The translations under genes and the position numbers were made by a program. From NCBI RefSeq assembly GCF_009914755.1, contig NC_060947.1: a stretch of DNA of 64,000 bases; one strand, written 5' to 3'. The notes below the pieces were generated by a model, which did no database searches, was not told the origin of the DNA, and saw nothing but the letters and a program-made list of their open reading frames with translations. The stretch is from the human T2T-CHM13v2.0 reference genome, Homo sapiens. Shown here piece after piece: positions 1 through 13,466 of the stretch; the first letter of the stretch is position 1, and each line of letters opens with the position of its first letter.

Positions 1-3000
1 TTGTCAATATTTTCTCCCATCCTTTATGTGATCTGTTTACTCTGTGGATAGTTACTTTTGCTGTGAAGAAGCTGCTCTTTAATGTATTTAAGTCCCATTT
101 GTCAATTTTTGCTTTTGTTGTGATTGCTTTAGTTGTCTTTGTATGAAATATTTGCCAGAGCCTATGTCCAGAATGGTATTTCTTAGGTTTTCGTCTAGAG
201 CTTTTTATAGTTTTAGGTTTATTTTTAAGACTTTAATCCATCTTTAGTTGATTTATGTATATAATGAAAGGAATAGGTTCATGTTCAATCTTCTGCATAT
301 AGCTAGCCAGTTATCCCAGCACTACTTATTGAGTAGGGAATCCTTTCCCCATTGCTCATTTTGGTCACTTTTGTCGAACATCAGTTAGTTGTAGCTGTGT
401 GGTCTTATTTATGGGTTCTCTGTGCTGGTCCATTGATCTATGTGTCTGTTTTTGTACCAGTACCATGCTGTTTTGGTTTCTGTAGCCCTGTGGTATAGCT
501 TGAAACCGGGTAATATGTTGCCTCTAGCTTTGTTCTTTTTGCCTAGGATTGCCTTGGCACTTTGAGCTCTTTTTTTTTTTTGTTCTATATGAATTTTAAA
601 ATGGCTTTGTCTAACTATCTGAAAGATATCATTAGTAGTTAGAAATAAGACTGAATCTGTAAATTGCTTTTGGCAGTATGGCCATCTTAACAATATTGAT
701 TCTTCCTATCCATGGGTATGGAATGTTTTATCACTTGTTTTTGTCAGCTTTGATTTCTTTGAGCAGTGTTTTGTAATTTTTATAGTAAAGATCTTTCACC
801 TCTTGGTTAGTTATATTCCTAGGTATCTTATTATTTTTGTGGCTACTGTGAATGGGATTGTGTTCTTGATTTGGCTCTCAGCTTCAGTGTAGGTGTATAG
901 GAATGTTACTAACTTTTGTAAATTGATTTTGTATGCTGAAACCTTGCTGAAGTTCTTTATCAGATTTGGAGCTTTGGGGCAGAGACTATGGGGTTTTCTT
1001 TGTTTAATTTCCATATAATTGTATGGTTTCGAGTGATTTTCTTAGTATTTATTTCTATTTTTATTGCTCTGTAACCCAAGAGTGTGGTTGGCATGATTTT
1101 AGTGTTTTTGACTCTGCTGAGAATTCTTTATAGCTGATTCTGTGGTTGATTTTAGAATATGTGCCATATGCAGATGAGAAGAATGTATATCCTATTGGTT
1201 TGGAGGCTAAGGGTTCTATAGATGTCTGTTAGGTCTATTTAGTCAAGTGTTGAGTTCAGGTCTCATGTGTCTTTGTTAGTTTTCTGCCTCAATGATCTGT
1301 CTAATAATCTCAGTGGAGTGTTCTCATCTTTATTATTTTGTCATGATCTAAATCTCTTCATAGATCTCTAAGGACTTACTTCATTAACCCAGGTGCCACT
1401 GTGTTGAGTGGCATATATTTTTAGGAAAGTTCAGTCTTCTTGTTGAATAGAACCTTTTACCCTTATGTAATGCCCTTCTTTGTCTTTTAAAATCATTGTT
1501 GGTTTAAAGTCTGTTTTGTCTGAAATTAGAATAACAACCTCCAATTTTGGGGGAATTTTCTTGGTAGATTTTTCTACATCCCTTTACTTTGTGCCTATGC
1601 ATGTCATTGTCTGTGAGATGTGTCTCTTGAAGACAGCATACAATTGGGTCTTGCTTCTTTATGCAACTTACCACTCTGTGCCTTCTAATTTGGTCATTTA
1701 CCCTGTTTACATTCAAGTTTAATATTGATATGTGCAGTTTTGATTCTGTCATCATCTTGTTAGCTGGTTATTATGCAGACTTGATCCCATGATTGATTTA
1801 AAGTTTCAATGGCCTATGAACACAAGTGAATTTTTGTGGTGGCCAATAACAATCTTTCCTTTCCATATTTAGCACTCCTTTGATGACCTCTTGTAAGTCT
1901 GACGTGGTGGTAGGTTACAAATTCACATACATTTGCTTATCTGAAATGGATCTTATTTTTCCTTTGCTTATGAAACTTAGTTTGATTGAATATGAAATTT
2001 TTGTTTGGAATTTGTTTTCTTTAATAGTGCTGAATATAGACCTCCAATCTCCTGTGGCTTGTAGGATTTTGTTGAAAGGTCCACTGTTAGCCTGATTGGG
2101 TTTCATTTGTAGGTGACTTGCCACTTTTCTCTATGTGTTTTTAACATCTTTTCTTTCATGTTAACCTTAGAAAATCTGATGACTATGTGTCTTAGGTGTG
2201 GTCATCTTGCATAGTGTCTTGCAAGGTTCCTCTGCATTTCCTGAATTTGAATGTTGGCCTCTTTAGCAAGTTTGGGCTGATTTTCAAGGATGATATTCTC
2301 AAATTATTTTCAAGTTGCTTACTTTCCCTCACTCTCTTTCAAGGACACCAATGAATCAGATTTGGTCTCCTTATATAATCCCATATTTCTCAGAGTGTTT
2401 GTTTATCCTTCATTATTTTTTAAAATCTTTGTCTGATTGAGTTATTTCAGAGAACCACTCTTTTCACTCTGAGATTCTTTACTAAGTTTGGTCAATTCTG
2501 CTGTTAATACTTGTGATTGTATCATGAAATTCTTGTAGTGAGTTTTTCACCTCTGTCCAGTTTGCTTCTTTTTAAAAATGACTATTTTATCTTTCATCGC
2601 CTGTATCATTTTCATGTATTCTGAAGGTTCCATGCATTGGGATTTGAATTTCTCCTGAATCTCAATGATTTTTGTTCCTACCCATATTCTGAACACTATT
2701 TCTGTAATTTCAGTCATTTTGGCCTTGTTAAGAACCATGGCTAAAGAAGTAGAGTAGTCATTTGGATGTTAGTAGACACTCTGACTTTTTGAGTTTCCAG
2801 AGTTCTTGTGCTGGTTGTTTCTCTTCTGTGTGGGCTGATGTTCCTTCAATCTTTGAAGTTGGTATCTTTTGGATGAGTTTCCTTTCCTTTTATCTTCTTT
2901 GATGCCCTTGAGGGTTTGATTTTGGTATAAGGTGGATTCAGTTGACTGGCTTCATTTCTGGAAGATTTTAGGGGGGCAAGTCTCAGCTCAGCAATCCTGG

Positions 3001-4495
3001 GCTGTGTGCACTAACTCTGGGGGGCTGGTACCAGGCCATTGCCTTGGTTCTCTGGCCCTTCAAGGTTATGAACCTGCTTCACTAGAGAGACTGATGTGTT
3101 CTCAGTCTGCTAGCTACAACATTCCAATGGGTGATGCCAGCCAAAGCACATTGTCAGGTAAGTGGCAGCAGGATTCATGCTTGCTTGTGAGTACAGCAGC
3201 TGTGGCAGTATGACAAGATGCACACAAGTTGGCTGGGGTGGAGTACTGGTAAGAGCAGGACTGCTGCATTTCTGCATGGATTCATGCCAGTGCTGTCAGT
3301 GGCATAGAGGGGCAGGGTACTGGTAGGCATGGGGTTGCTGGTGTGTATGCTCACTGTCACACTGGTGGCAACAGTTGGGGCAGGGTGCTGGCTGATGTAA
3401 GGCTACCTCCATGCACACATTTGCAGCAACAGCAATGGTAACATAGGGGAGTGTGGATGCTGGCCCACATCCATGTGTGTGTTTGTATCAGCAGCAGTGT
3501 CAGCACAAGAGGGAGCAGGGTTTCTGGCATCCATACATGCATTCACGCTTGCAATGGCAAAGTGGCCCAATGTCTACATATCAGTGGTCGAGCACAAGGG
3601 ATTTGCTCTTGCCACCAGCAGTGGCGTGACAGGGTGCATGCACACACACATGCTGGTGGGGAAAGGGAGCTGCAGTCTACCCATTCACCCATGCCAGCAA
3701 AGCAATGAATGGTTGGCCATAGGCATGTGTGTGCCTGCAAAGTGGCACAGGGGAGGCTGCAGTTGAGGGAGGATGCTGGTGGACTGGTGAATGTCAGCAG
3801 AGGCTACTCTGTTGGAGCTCTCTGAAGGTCAGGCATAATCTGTCATTAAAGGAGCTATGATGAAGGCCGCAAGTTCACACCCAGTTTGAGCATCTGAGGC
3901 TGCATGGCAACTGGGCATGGACAGGCTGGGGCCCTGGAGAGGCAAGCAGACATGACTGTGTTCAGATTGAATTTGCCTCATCTCATGGGCAAGACTTCCC
4001 TGCTCTGTCTGGGTCCAAAAGCCAGCCCAAGGCTAATGTCTCTTACGGGAACATGGTGAGACTTGGGGGATGCATCTCCCTGGCCATGATCAACTGCATA
4101 CGTTCCCACACCAAATGCTCTGGGCTCCACATAGGCTGAAATCCTGCCCCTAACATCCCTTTAAGCAGCTCTCTTACAGCTCAAGTGTCCATCGGGGTTG
4201 TGGGGTCTCCTACTACCAAGATGCCAGAGGTCCGTGGTGAGAGTGGGCCACTTTTTTCCTGTTGTATTCACCCTTTCCCCAGAAATTTCTGGGGGCCAGG
4301 AACATTTCCCAGTGCTCAGTAGCCCTGTGCAGGATTCCCAGCTTCCTCCCCCTTCAACCCAGCATCTGTGTCCTCTCTCCATCCATTCTCAGTGCCTTCC
4401 CTCCGAAGGTCTACTCATAGTGTGCCAGTATTCCTGATGTCCCAATTTCTCAGTGACAGATGTTCCTTCTGGCTGTATCTAGTCAGCCATCTGTG
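1..4495 (-). mobile_element. Old primate LINE-1 (L1P4, L1PA15-16-like): 5'UTR, decayed ORF1, part of ORF2; runs off the left edge; internal ORF2 deletion near 1000
   Basis: Minus-strand ORF fragments match L1 ORF2 ([44 protein letters not shown]) and ORF1 (QATGDWRSIFSTIKENKFQTKISY). The 5' end reads agatggctgactag on the minus strand near 4490. Confidence 0.92.
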
Positions 4496-4523
4496 ATATT
4501 CTTTAAAAAAAAAAAAAAGACTA

Positions 4524-4839
4524 CATTCATCCTTCAGTATTCACTGGGGATTGGTTCCTGGGCCTCCTGTGTATTCCAAAATCTAGAGATGCTTAAGTAC
4601 CTTATAGAAAATGGCATAGTATTTGCATATAACCTATGCACATCTTTATGAACACTTTAAATCATCTCTTGGTTACTTATAATACCTAATACAATGTAAA
4701 TGCTATGTAAATTGTTGTTATACTGTATTTTAATTTTAATTTTATTGTTGTATTGTTTTTTTTTTCTTTTTTAAATATTTTTCGTCTTTAGTTGGTTGAA
4801 TCTATGAGTGTGGAACCCAAGGTTATGGAGGACTGGCTG
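4524..4839. mobile_element. MER2-like non-autonomous Tigger (TcMar) DNA transposon
   Basis: Left end ta|cattcatccttcagtattcactggggattggttcc, internal aaaatggcatagtatttgcatataacctatgcacatc, and right end gaacccaaggttatggaggactggctg resemble MER2. Confidence 0.8.
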
Positions 4840-5569
4840 TGGATACCTGAAGAGGTAAAGATAGTATTTGCCAGAAAATTCAATTGAAACATTTGTTCAA
4901 TGTTTACAATAAATATCTACAGGTATCATCCTGGGGACTTTTTAAATAAAAATTGAACAAAAATTCTCCAAGTATAGCTCAAAAGAAGGCTTACTATATT
5001 CATGGTTTAGTAATTAATCAGGATATTCATATCCTAAATTCCCATATCAAGTTAATCTTCACACTTTTTTTTTTAATAATCAAAAGTATAAAGATTATAT
5101 TTTTCTCCCAAAAAAGGCCTTTAAAGGAAATGACCTGGTTTATATATTACTCAGGACATTTGAGGTATTTCTTTTCTTCTTTTGAGAAATCAGGAGCAGA
5201 TTTCAATGTTGGCAGAAATACATAAGCCCAATGGCTTAATGCCTCATTTACTTCCAATATCAAATATGTCCTAGTATGAAAAGCAAAGAAGTTAGAAGAT
5301 TATACTATATTAAAAGGAACAAATTATTTATTTTTCCCAAGGCAGACTCAGCCAAAATGTAATAGACTAAGAACATCAATCAAGTATCTTAATATAGATT
5401 CAACCAAAGGCCAAGAAAGGTTAAAAAGGGGTGGGGGGGTGTAATATGTATAATACTCTATATCTAAGGAGTCCTAAAACCTTTAATAGAAGTTGAGTTT
5501 TAGAAACAATTTATCAGATAAATGTTCAACCAGAAGTTACTACTGATTTAGTATTAACTCCACTACAAA

Positions 5570-5690
5570 ATATTCATCATTTTATGTGCCAAGTACTCTA
5601 CTAACGGCTTTGCATTTATTAACTCATTTAATACTTATACAAACCCTATGTAGTAATTACTGTTATCCTCGGTTTACAGATGAGAATGAT
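5570..5690 (-). mobile_element. MIR SINE fragment
   Basis: tatgtgccaagtact...attaactcatttaat...aaccctatg...tttacagatgag is the reverse MIR core. Confidence 0.7.
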
Positions 5691-6857
5691 ACTAAAAGCA
5701 GTCTGCTTATTGCCATAATGCATGATAGATGAAAGAATGCCTATTTAGGAATTCTGAAATATAATACTTACTAATTGTTACCATTCTCCAGGTCATTCAT
5801 GTTCCCAAATGAGAAAATTTAAATAAAAAATATTCAAATCCTCATACTCAATGAACCCACTCTTTACCCTTACTTGGACCTCAAATTGCTCAAAAACATC
5901 CACTTCATTCTTTACATTAGCACATATGAATTCTACACTCAAATTAAATACTGTAGTTACCAATTTTAGTGCTGGCTAGTACTTAAGATGCTTTTTTTTT
6001 AACGACAGTTTCCTGTTGTGCTTATAACATTTGTCCCAATTTTCGTTTTTATTCCCACTGCTACCACTCTGGGCAAGGTCTTTAATTGAATGGCCTCAAA
6101 AATGATCTTCCTGCATCTAGTCTCTTGCGTGTTACAATTTCTTCATTCAACAAATACTATTTGATATAAATTGACCCCTTACTATTACGCATGGCACATA
6201 GTAAGGTGTCAATTTATATTTGTTGAATGAAGTGTTAAACCAAAGAGACAATGATTCTTGATCTTATAGCCCTTATACCCTACCATGTCTCTAAACAAAA
6301 ACGTAAAATATCTCCCATTGTTTTTGAGACAATTTCGAACTCTACAAATTTGCATTTAAGATACTTCAAAATATGGCCCCAAACTATTTTTACATATATC
6401 TATTTCAATACTATCCAACACAAACTCTCTAATATAACCAGGAAATATCCTCATTATCCTTCAATATGAAATATCCATTCCCAAATCTGCACCATTTATT
6501 AGAATGTTTCCTCCACGTGAATTTTCTTCACTGTCTTCTTCATGATTACAAAGACCTATTCATCACCCTTTTAGTAAGAGATTATATCTCTGTCCTGTCA
6601 AAAAAAGTTTCCAATTTTCTCCAGCTAATATCTTTCTTCTCTGAACTGCTCTGAACTTAGAATTTACATTAGTGTTTACAAATTTTGGCAACAAAGAGTA
6701 TCAAGGAACACTGAGAGCACATCATAGCATATTTAAGATCAAATTATGACTGCAACCCTTCCATTTAAGGGAAGACCCCCAAAAGATTGCATAGCATAGA
6801 AATAGATGCAAGGTACCAGTAAGATTCAATTTCTTAGGTTTTAAGATGTGTTCATTA

Positions 6858-7866
6858 GGAGGGCTGGCAAGATGGCCAAATAGGAACAGCTCTGGTCTGC
6901 AGCTCCCAGCGAGATCAACGCAGAAGGACGGTGATTTCTGCATTTCCAACTGAGGTACCTGTCTCATCTCATTGGGACTGGTTAGAAAGTGGGTGCAGCC
7001 CACGGAGAAAGAGCTGAAGCAGGGTGTGCTGTCGCCTAACCCGTGAAGTGCAATGAGTCAGAGAACTCCCTCCCCTAGCCAAGGGAAGCCATAAGGGACT
7101 GTGCCATGAGGAACTGTGCATTCCAGCCCAGATATTACCATGAGATACAGTCTCATTCCAGTTAGAATGGTGATCATGAAAAAGTAAGGAAACAACAGAT
7201 GCTAGAGAGGATGTGGAGAAATAGGAATGCTTTTACACTGTTGGGGGGAGTGTAAATTAGTTCAACCATTGTGGAAGACAATGTGATGATTCCTCAAGGA
7301 ACTAGAACCAGAAATACCATTTGACCCAGCCATCCCATTACTGGATACATACCCAAAGGATTATAAATCATGCTGCCATAAAGACACATGCACACATATG
7401 TTTATTGTGGCACTATTCACAATAGCAAAGACTTGGAACGAACCCAAATGTCCATCAACGATAGACTGGAAAAAGAAAATGTGGCACATATACACCATGG
7501 AATGCTATGCAGCCATAAAAACGGATGAGTTCATGTTTTTTGCAGAGACATGTCTGAAGCTGGAAACCATCACCCTTAGCAAACTAACACAGGAACAGAA
7601 AGCCACACACTGCATGTTCTCACTCATAAGTGGGAGTTGAACAATAAGAACACATGGACACAGGGAGGGAAAAATCACACACAAGGGCCTGTCAGGGGGT
7701 GGGGGGCAAGGAGAGGGAGAGCATTAGGACAAATACCTAATGCATGTGGGGCTTAAAACCTAGATGACAGGTTGATAGGTGCAGCAAACCACCATGGCAC
7801 ATGTATACCTATGTAACAAACTTGCACGTTCTGCACATGTATCCTAGAACTTAAAGTTTTAAAAAA
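6858..7866 (+). mobile_element. Chimeric L1PA7/8-like element: ~280 nt of 5'UTR joined directly to the last ~730 nt (ORF2 end, 3'UTR)
   Basis: Starts ggagggctggcaagatggccaaataggaacagc (YY1 motif). Switches near 7136 to atgagatac..ccagttagaatgg. ORF 7398-7640 is the ORF2 C-terminus. Ends agaacttaaag plus a short A tract. Confidence 0.9.
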
Positions 7867-9030
7867 TAGACAAATAGCACTATATTAAACTAAAAAGCTT
7901 CTGCACAGTAAATGAAACCATCAAAGAATAAAGAGATAACGTTTGAATGGGACAAAATATTTGCAAACTACTCATACAATAAGGGAATAAAATCTGGAAT
8001 ATACCAGGAAATCAAACAACTCAACAATAAAGAAATAATAATCCTTTTTAAGTGGGCAAAAGAAATAACTAGGCAATTCTCAAAAGAAGACATACAAATG
8101 GCCAATAGGCATGTGAAAAATGCTCATTGTCACTAATCATCAGAGAAATGCAAACCAAAACCACAATGAGATATCGTGTTACCTTAGTTAGAATGGCTTC
8201 TATTAAAATGACAAAAAGTAACACACATTGGCATGGATAGGGAGAAAAGGGAACTCTATACACTGCTGTATGGAGTGTAAATTAATGCAGCCACTATGAA
8301 AAGAGTATGGACATTTCTCAAAAAACTGAAAATAGAACTACTACATGATCCACCAATCCCACTATTGGGTATTTATCCCAAGGAAAGTATATCAATGTAT
8401 CAAATGAATACCTGCATACACATGTTTATTGCAACACTATTCTCAATTGCAAAGATATGGAATAAACTTAAGTTTCCATCAATGGATTCATTGAGAAAGA
8501 AAATGTGGTATATACATCATAGGATAATTTTTAGCCATAAAAAGAGTGAAACTGTGTGATTTTCAGAAATGGATGGAACTGGAGGTCATTATGTTAAATT
8601 AAATAACACAGACACAGAAAGACAAATATTGCATGATCTCACACATGTGTGGGATCTAAGGAACTTGATCTCATGGAGATAGAGAATAGAATGATAGATA
8701 CCAGAGGCAGGAAAAAGTATCAGGGTGTGAGGGGAAAAGGAAGAGTGGTTAGTGAATGGGTACAAATTTACAGTTAGGTAGAAAAAGTACGTTTTAATGT
8801 TTGATAGCAGACTAGGGTGACTACACTTAGCAACGATATATTTTATATTTCAAAATAGCAAGAAAAGAGGACTAGAAATGTTACCAACACATGGAAATGA
8901 TGAACACTCAAAGTGATGGACACTCCAAATACCTTGACTTCATCATTACCCATTCTATGCATGTAAAAAATACTGATATGTGCCCCATGAATATGTAAAA
9001 TATTATACATCAATAAAATAATAATAACTA
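7862..9030 (+). mobile_element. L1MA-type 3' fragment (ORF2 end, 3'UTR)
   Basis: ORF2 C-terminal fragments ([21 protein letters not shown]), an L1MA-style 3'UTR, and caataaaataataataa at the end. Confidence 0.85.
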
Positions 9031-9049
9031 CAAAATGTAATATGAGTTA

Positions 9050-11410
9050 CTTTTTTGTAGATATATAAAATGTTATTCTAAAATTCATATGAAATATCAA
9101 AGGACCCCTGTAGCCAAAACAACTTGGAAAAAACCAAGTTTAGTGGCTTCTTGCACTTCCTGATTTCAAAACTTACCACAAACCCATGGTAATCATAACA
9201 GTGTGGTAATGGTATAAAGACAGATACATAGGCCAGTAGAATAGAATAAAGAGCCCAGAAATAAACCCTCACATAAATGTCAGGAAACACACAACCTCGA
9301 TTTTATTACACATTTTTCATTCATTACACACATATTAATATTTATACATTACCTCACATTATCACAATGATTTTCTACAAGGATATCATGACCATTTAAT
9401 GGGGAAAGGACAATTTCTTTGACAAATGGTTTTGGGAAAACTGGATATCCACAGAACACACGCAAAAAGAAATTGGGCCCTTACCTTATACCATGTACAA
9501 AAATTAACTCCAAATTGATCAGAGACCTAAACATAAAAGTTAAAACTAGAAAACTCTTAGAAAAAAAAAAAGAAAACTTTAATGACCTTGAGTCTGGCAA
9601 TGATTTCTTGTATAAAATACCAAAGGACAGGGAACAATGGAAAAACTAGTTAAGTTGGACTCCATCAAAATTAAAAAGTTTTTATATATTAAAGAATGCT
9701 GGCAAAAATGTGAAAAGGCAGTCTGTGGGATGGAAAAAATACTTGCAAATTTAATATATGATAAGAGATTGATATCTACAATACATAAAGAATTTCTGTA
9801 ACTGGACAACAACAAAAAACAATCAACCCAATTAAGAATTGGACAAAGGACTCAAACATATCTCCAACATATATATATTCAAATGATTAATAAGCACATG
9901 AAAAGATTCTTACTATCCCTAGTCACTAGGGAAAAGCAAATCAAAACAAAATGAGATATCACTTCACTCTGTTAAGATGCCTACTGAAGAGCAAGGTGCC
10001 TGGTTAAAAACCTATGTGTAATTTTTCAGGCCAGACTGTAGACAACAACCTGACAGGCATCACAGGGGAAAATTGCCCTCTCTACACCAGACTTAAGGCA
10101 GAGCCATTTTATTACAGTCTCTAGAGAGAGTTGCAATCAAGTTCTCAGCCTCTCTTGTCCAGTCATGCTCATCACATATGTACACTCCTAGCCCTGGTGC
10201 CTTCATTCTTCAATCTCTTTGTCTGAGACCTTTTGCAAAGGTTCTCTTCAAGCCCTTCTGCCAAGGCCTCCTAATGGGAGTAAGGAGGAGAAAAATTTGA
10301 AAGCACTTTTCCACTCTGACTCAGTACCCAGTTCTTTTCCACTTTTAGCTTTCCCTTTAAGCCCAGAGACATAAAACTGCTAGAGCCTTTCATTTGGGAG
10401 CTTTCTCAACAGTAAGATACATCCCACTTTCGTACTGATTCAAGTGACCCTTCATGAGTGCACCAGGGGAAATGGAACACAGTGTGTTTGCACTGTTTCT
10501 GGTTTTAGCTTCTTGCTTATACCATTGCAGTAAGCCATTGAAGGATTCACTCTTTCATTTTTGGCTTGCTGCTTTAATCAGATATTCCCCCATCTAACAG
10601 CTCAGCATGCACTCTCTCTCTCTCTCTCTCTCCTCTTTCTCCCTCTAGTTCAGCTGAATTCCTGACACCTGTTATCTAAGAAAAGAAAACAAAGAAAAAA
10701 GAAACAGAAAATAACGAGTGTTAGTGAAGCTGTGGTGAAATTGGAACACTCATGCATTGCTGGTGGTAGTGTAACATGGTACAAGTGCTATGGAAAATGG
10801 TATGGCAATTCCATATACAATTATTACCATATGATCCAGCAATCCCAATTCTGGGTATATACCCAATATAAGTGAAAGCAGGGACTCAAATAGATATGTA
10901 TACACCATTTTCATAGCAGCATTATTCACCATAGTCAAAAGATAGAAAAAATCCAGTGTCAATCAACAGATTAATGGATAAATAAATGTGGTAGGTACAT
11001 ACAATGGACTATTATCTAACCACAAAAACAAATAAAATTCTGACACATCTGATGATATGGACAAACCATAGAGACATTATGCTAAGTGGAGACATTAAGC
11101 CAGTCACCAAAGTAAAAATATTGTATGGTTCCTGTAACATGAGCTTTCCAGAGTAGACAAATTCATAGAGATAGAAAGTAGAATAATGGCTACTAGGGGC
11201 TGGTGGTCAGGAGAATGGAGAATTATTGTTTAATAGGCACAGAGGTTTGGTTTCTGGTGATAAAAAATCCTGGAGATAAACAGTGTGATGATTACACAAG
11301 AAGGTGAATATACTTAATGCCATTGACCCATACACTTAAAAATAATTAAAATAGTGATTTTTATGCTACGTATATCTTACCACAATAGAAAATAATAATA
11401 AAAAAAAACT
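9050..11410 (+). mobile_element. L1MB-type 3' fragment interrupted by a solo LTR (9985-10667)
   Basis: ORF2 remnants (PYLIPCTKINSKLIRDLNIK). L1 sequence stops at aagatgcctac and resumes after 10667. Old L1M 3'UTR ends in an A-rich tail near 11410. Confidence 0.8.
9985..10667 (+). mobile_element. Probable solo LTR (ERVL-class, subfamily not assigned)
   Basis: 683-bp insert with TG...CA ends splitting L1 ORF2 sequence. Degenerate 5-bp flanks cctac/cctgt, TATA-like cataaaa near 10370, and an internal (TC)n. Confidence 0.65.
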
Positions 11411-11469
11411 TGGGAATACTTGGAGGTGAAAGATTAATAATGAAGAAAATAAAATAATAATGAAATAAA

Positions 11470-11870
11470 TAAAATAATGAAGAAAGTAAGGATATACATG
11501 AAGACAAAAGACTGATAGCAAAGAAAATATCAAAGAAAATAAAAAACATTGCTGAAAGAAATTAAAAGCAATGTAAATAATTGGAATGCTAGCCATTGTT
11601 AATAGATTCAAAAACTTACTATTGTTAACATATCAATACTCCCCAAAGCTATGCTTGGTTTCAATGTAATTCTTATAAAAATCTAAATGATAGTTTCTTC
11701 AGAAATAGACAAACTCTTCCTAATGCTCATATGGAGTCACAGGGAAACCCAAATAGCCAAAACAATCTTGAAACGTAAACATGGAAGTGACAGATTTATA
11801 AACTAAAAACAACAAAATATTGGTGAAAGAAAGAAGACCCAAGTAAATGAAAAGATATCCCATGTCTTTG
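11470..11870 (+). mobile_element. Degenerate old L1M ORF2 fragments
   Basis: acattgctgaaagaaattaaa, caatactccccaaagct and aaatagccaaaacaatcttgaa are L1 ORF2-derived motifs. Confidence 0.65.
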
Positions 11871-12049
11871 TATATTTTGCCACAAAAAAATAATATTCAA
11901 TATAATGAAATACTGAAACTTACAGAATAAATTATGTTAATTATGATATGCTAATATGTGCTATGATTAAACACCAAAATATCATTTGTTTAAAGTCAGT
12001 AAAGTCTGTTTCTCCCTCATTACTACATGTTCTACAAGTCCATTGTTTA

Positions 12050-12355
12050 GATTGGAGAGAGGTGCTCTGCTTCACATAGTCCTCACTTAGGGACACAGTT
12101 TGACACAGATTCTACTATCTGGACTGTTGCCACTTGATTTGGGTGGTGGGAAATGGTACAAGGCAGAACAAGACACGTTTTTAAGAGCTTTACCTGGAAG
12201 TGACACTCATTACTTTCACTCATATTTTATTGCCTGCTCAAGGTAATTCTCACAGCTACTCCTATTTTCAAAGGGGAAGGGAGGTACAATTTTCGTTTGT
12301 ATCCAGCGAGAGAGAAGAATGAGAAATACTGGTGAGCAGTGCTAACATCTTTCAC
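12050..12355 (-). mobile_element. Ancient MaLR LTR fragment (MLT1K/L-like)
   Basis: ctggaagtgacactcattactttcactcatattttattg and aaggggaagggaggtacaat resemble reverse MLT1K/L. Confidence 0.5.
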
Positions 12356-12387
12356 CGTAGTTATTTATCAGTATTATTATAATCACA

Positions 12388-12783
12388 TGTCTTAATCCAT
12401 TCATGCTGTTAAACTAGGATACCTGAGACTAGGTAATTCATAAAGAACAGAAATTTATTTTTCATTGCTCTGAAGCTTAGAAAGTTGGAGATCACGGCGC
12501 TGGCAAGTTTGGTCTTCTGTTGATAGCTGCTTTCTGTTCTCTGCTCCCAAGATGGTCCTTATTGTTGCATCCTCTGGATCGGGGAGAACGCTGTGTCCTC
12601 ACATGGCTGAAGGCAGAGGGGCAAGCACACCTAATGCTGCGTGAAGCCTCTTTTATAAGGGCCTTAATCTCTTTGGCCAGGTAAGTGCCCCCATGACCTA
12701 ATCAGTTTTTAAAGTCCCCATCTCTTAAAACTATTATATTGACAGAACCTGAATTTTGAAAGGGACACCTTCAAGCCATAGCA
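12388..12783 (-). mobile_element. MaLR solo LTR (MST/MLT1A-like)
   Basis: Runs tgtcttaatccattc...tcctcacatggctgaagg...ttcaagccatagca, with 5-bp TSD tcaca/ccaca. Confidence 0.85.
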
Positions 12784-13421
12784 CCACATTTACTCCACGT
12801 AAGCATTTCATACACATAATCTCTCTTGAACCTCAGAATAAGTAATATTATTTTCACTGTACATATGAAGGTACTGTAGCTAATAAAGTTTAAACTGTTC
12901 AAAATTATCACAGGAATAATAATAATGGAGTTTGTCAATAATACTGTCAGTACCCATAGGGGAGATATTAAGAAACTAGGAGACAGGTCAGTATTTTTCA
13001 CATCATACCACATAGGTAGCCATTCATTCATAAGGATGGGCCATATCATGAGTGAATATGGTCCAAATCATGAGTGAATAAAATGGGCTGGTAGGATGAG
13101 GTAGACTAATGCTAGAAACATGGAAAATGTTCCTAAAGTGCAAATAGAGAAAAAAGGATGCTCTCTACTAATTATATACAATTTTCCACATGTTAATTTT
13201 AAGAAAATACCACTACTGACTGAAAATTGGCTTGAAAAGGCTGACAGAATCAGGAATGCAGTTAGAAGGAGGACTGTTAAGGGTGATATTTCTCAGGTTA
13301 ACAATGTCAGAATCCTCAAAACATATATGAGGGACGTAGAAACAAGAATTGACATTTTTATTGGAATATTCAAATATGGGTTTTAAAAATTATGTTAATT
13401 ATGTTTCAGCGTTCTCCACTC

Positions 13422-13466
13422 ATAATCCTAATAGTAATCCTAATAATAATCCTAATAATAATCCTT
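13422..13466. repeat. 9-bp tandem repeat (aataatcct-like, ~4-5 copies)
   Basis: ataatcctaatagtaatcctaataataatcctaataataatcct read directly. Confidence 0.8.

Noticed and set aside
3150-3800. Cluster of overlapping Cys/His-rich ORFs in GC-richer DNA
   Set aside because: Lies within the degenerate repetitive 5'UTR of the old L1. Few stop codons are expected from its composition.
6858-7866. Spliced L1 retrocopy (SpIRE)
   Set aside because: The junction is not at the +97 donor, shows no GT-AG logic, and no TSD encloses the unit.
13040-13080. Short direct repeats here and at 29870-29906 as CRISPR-like or regulatory arrays
   Set aside because: Only two adjacent copies each, with no spacers: ordinary tandem micro-duplications in eukaryotic DNA.
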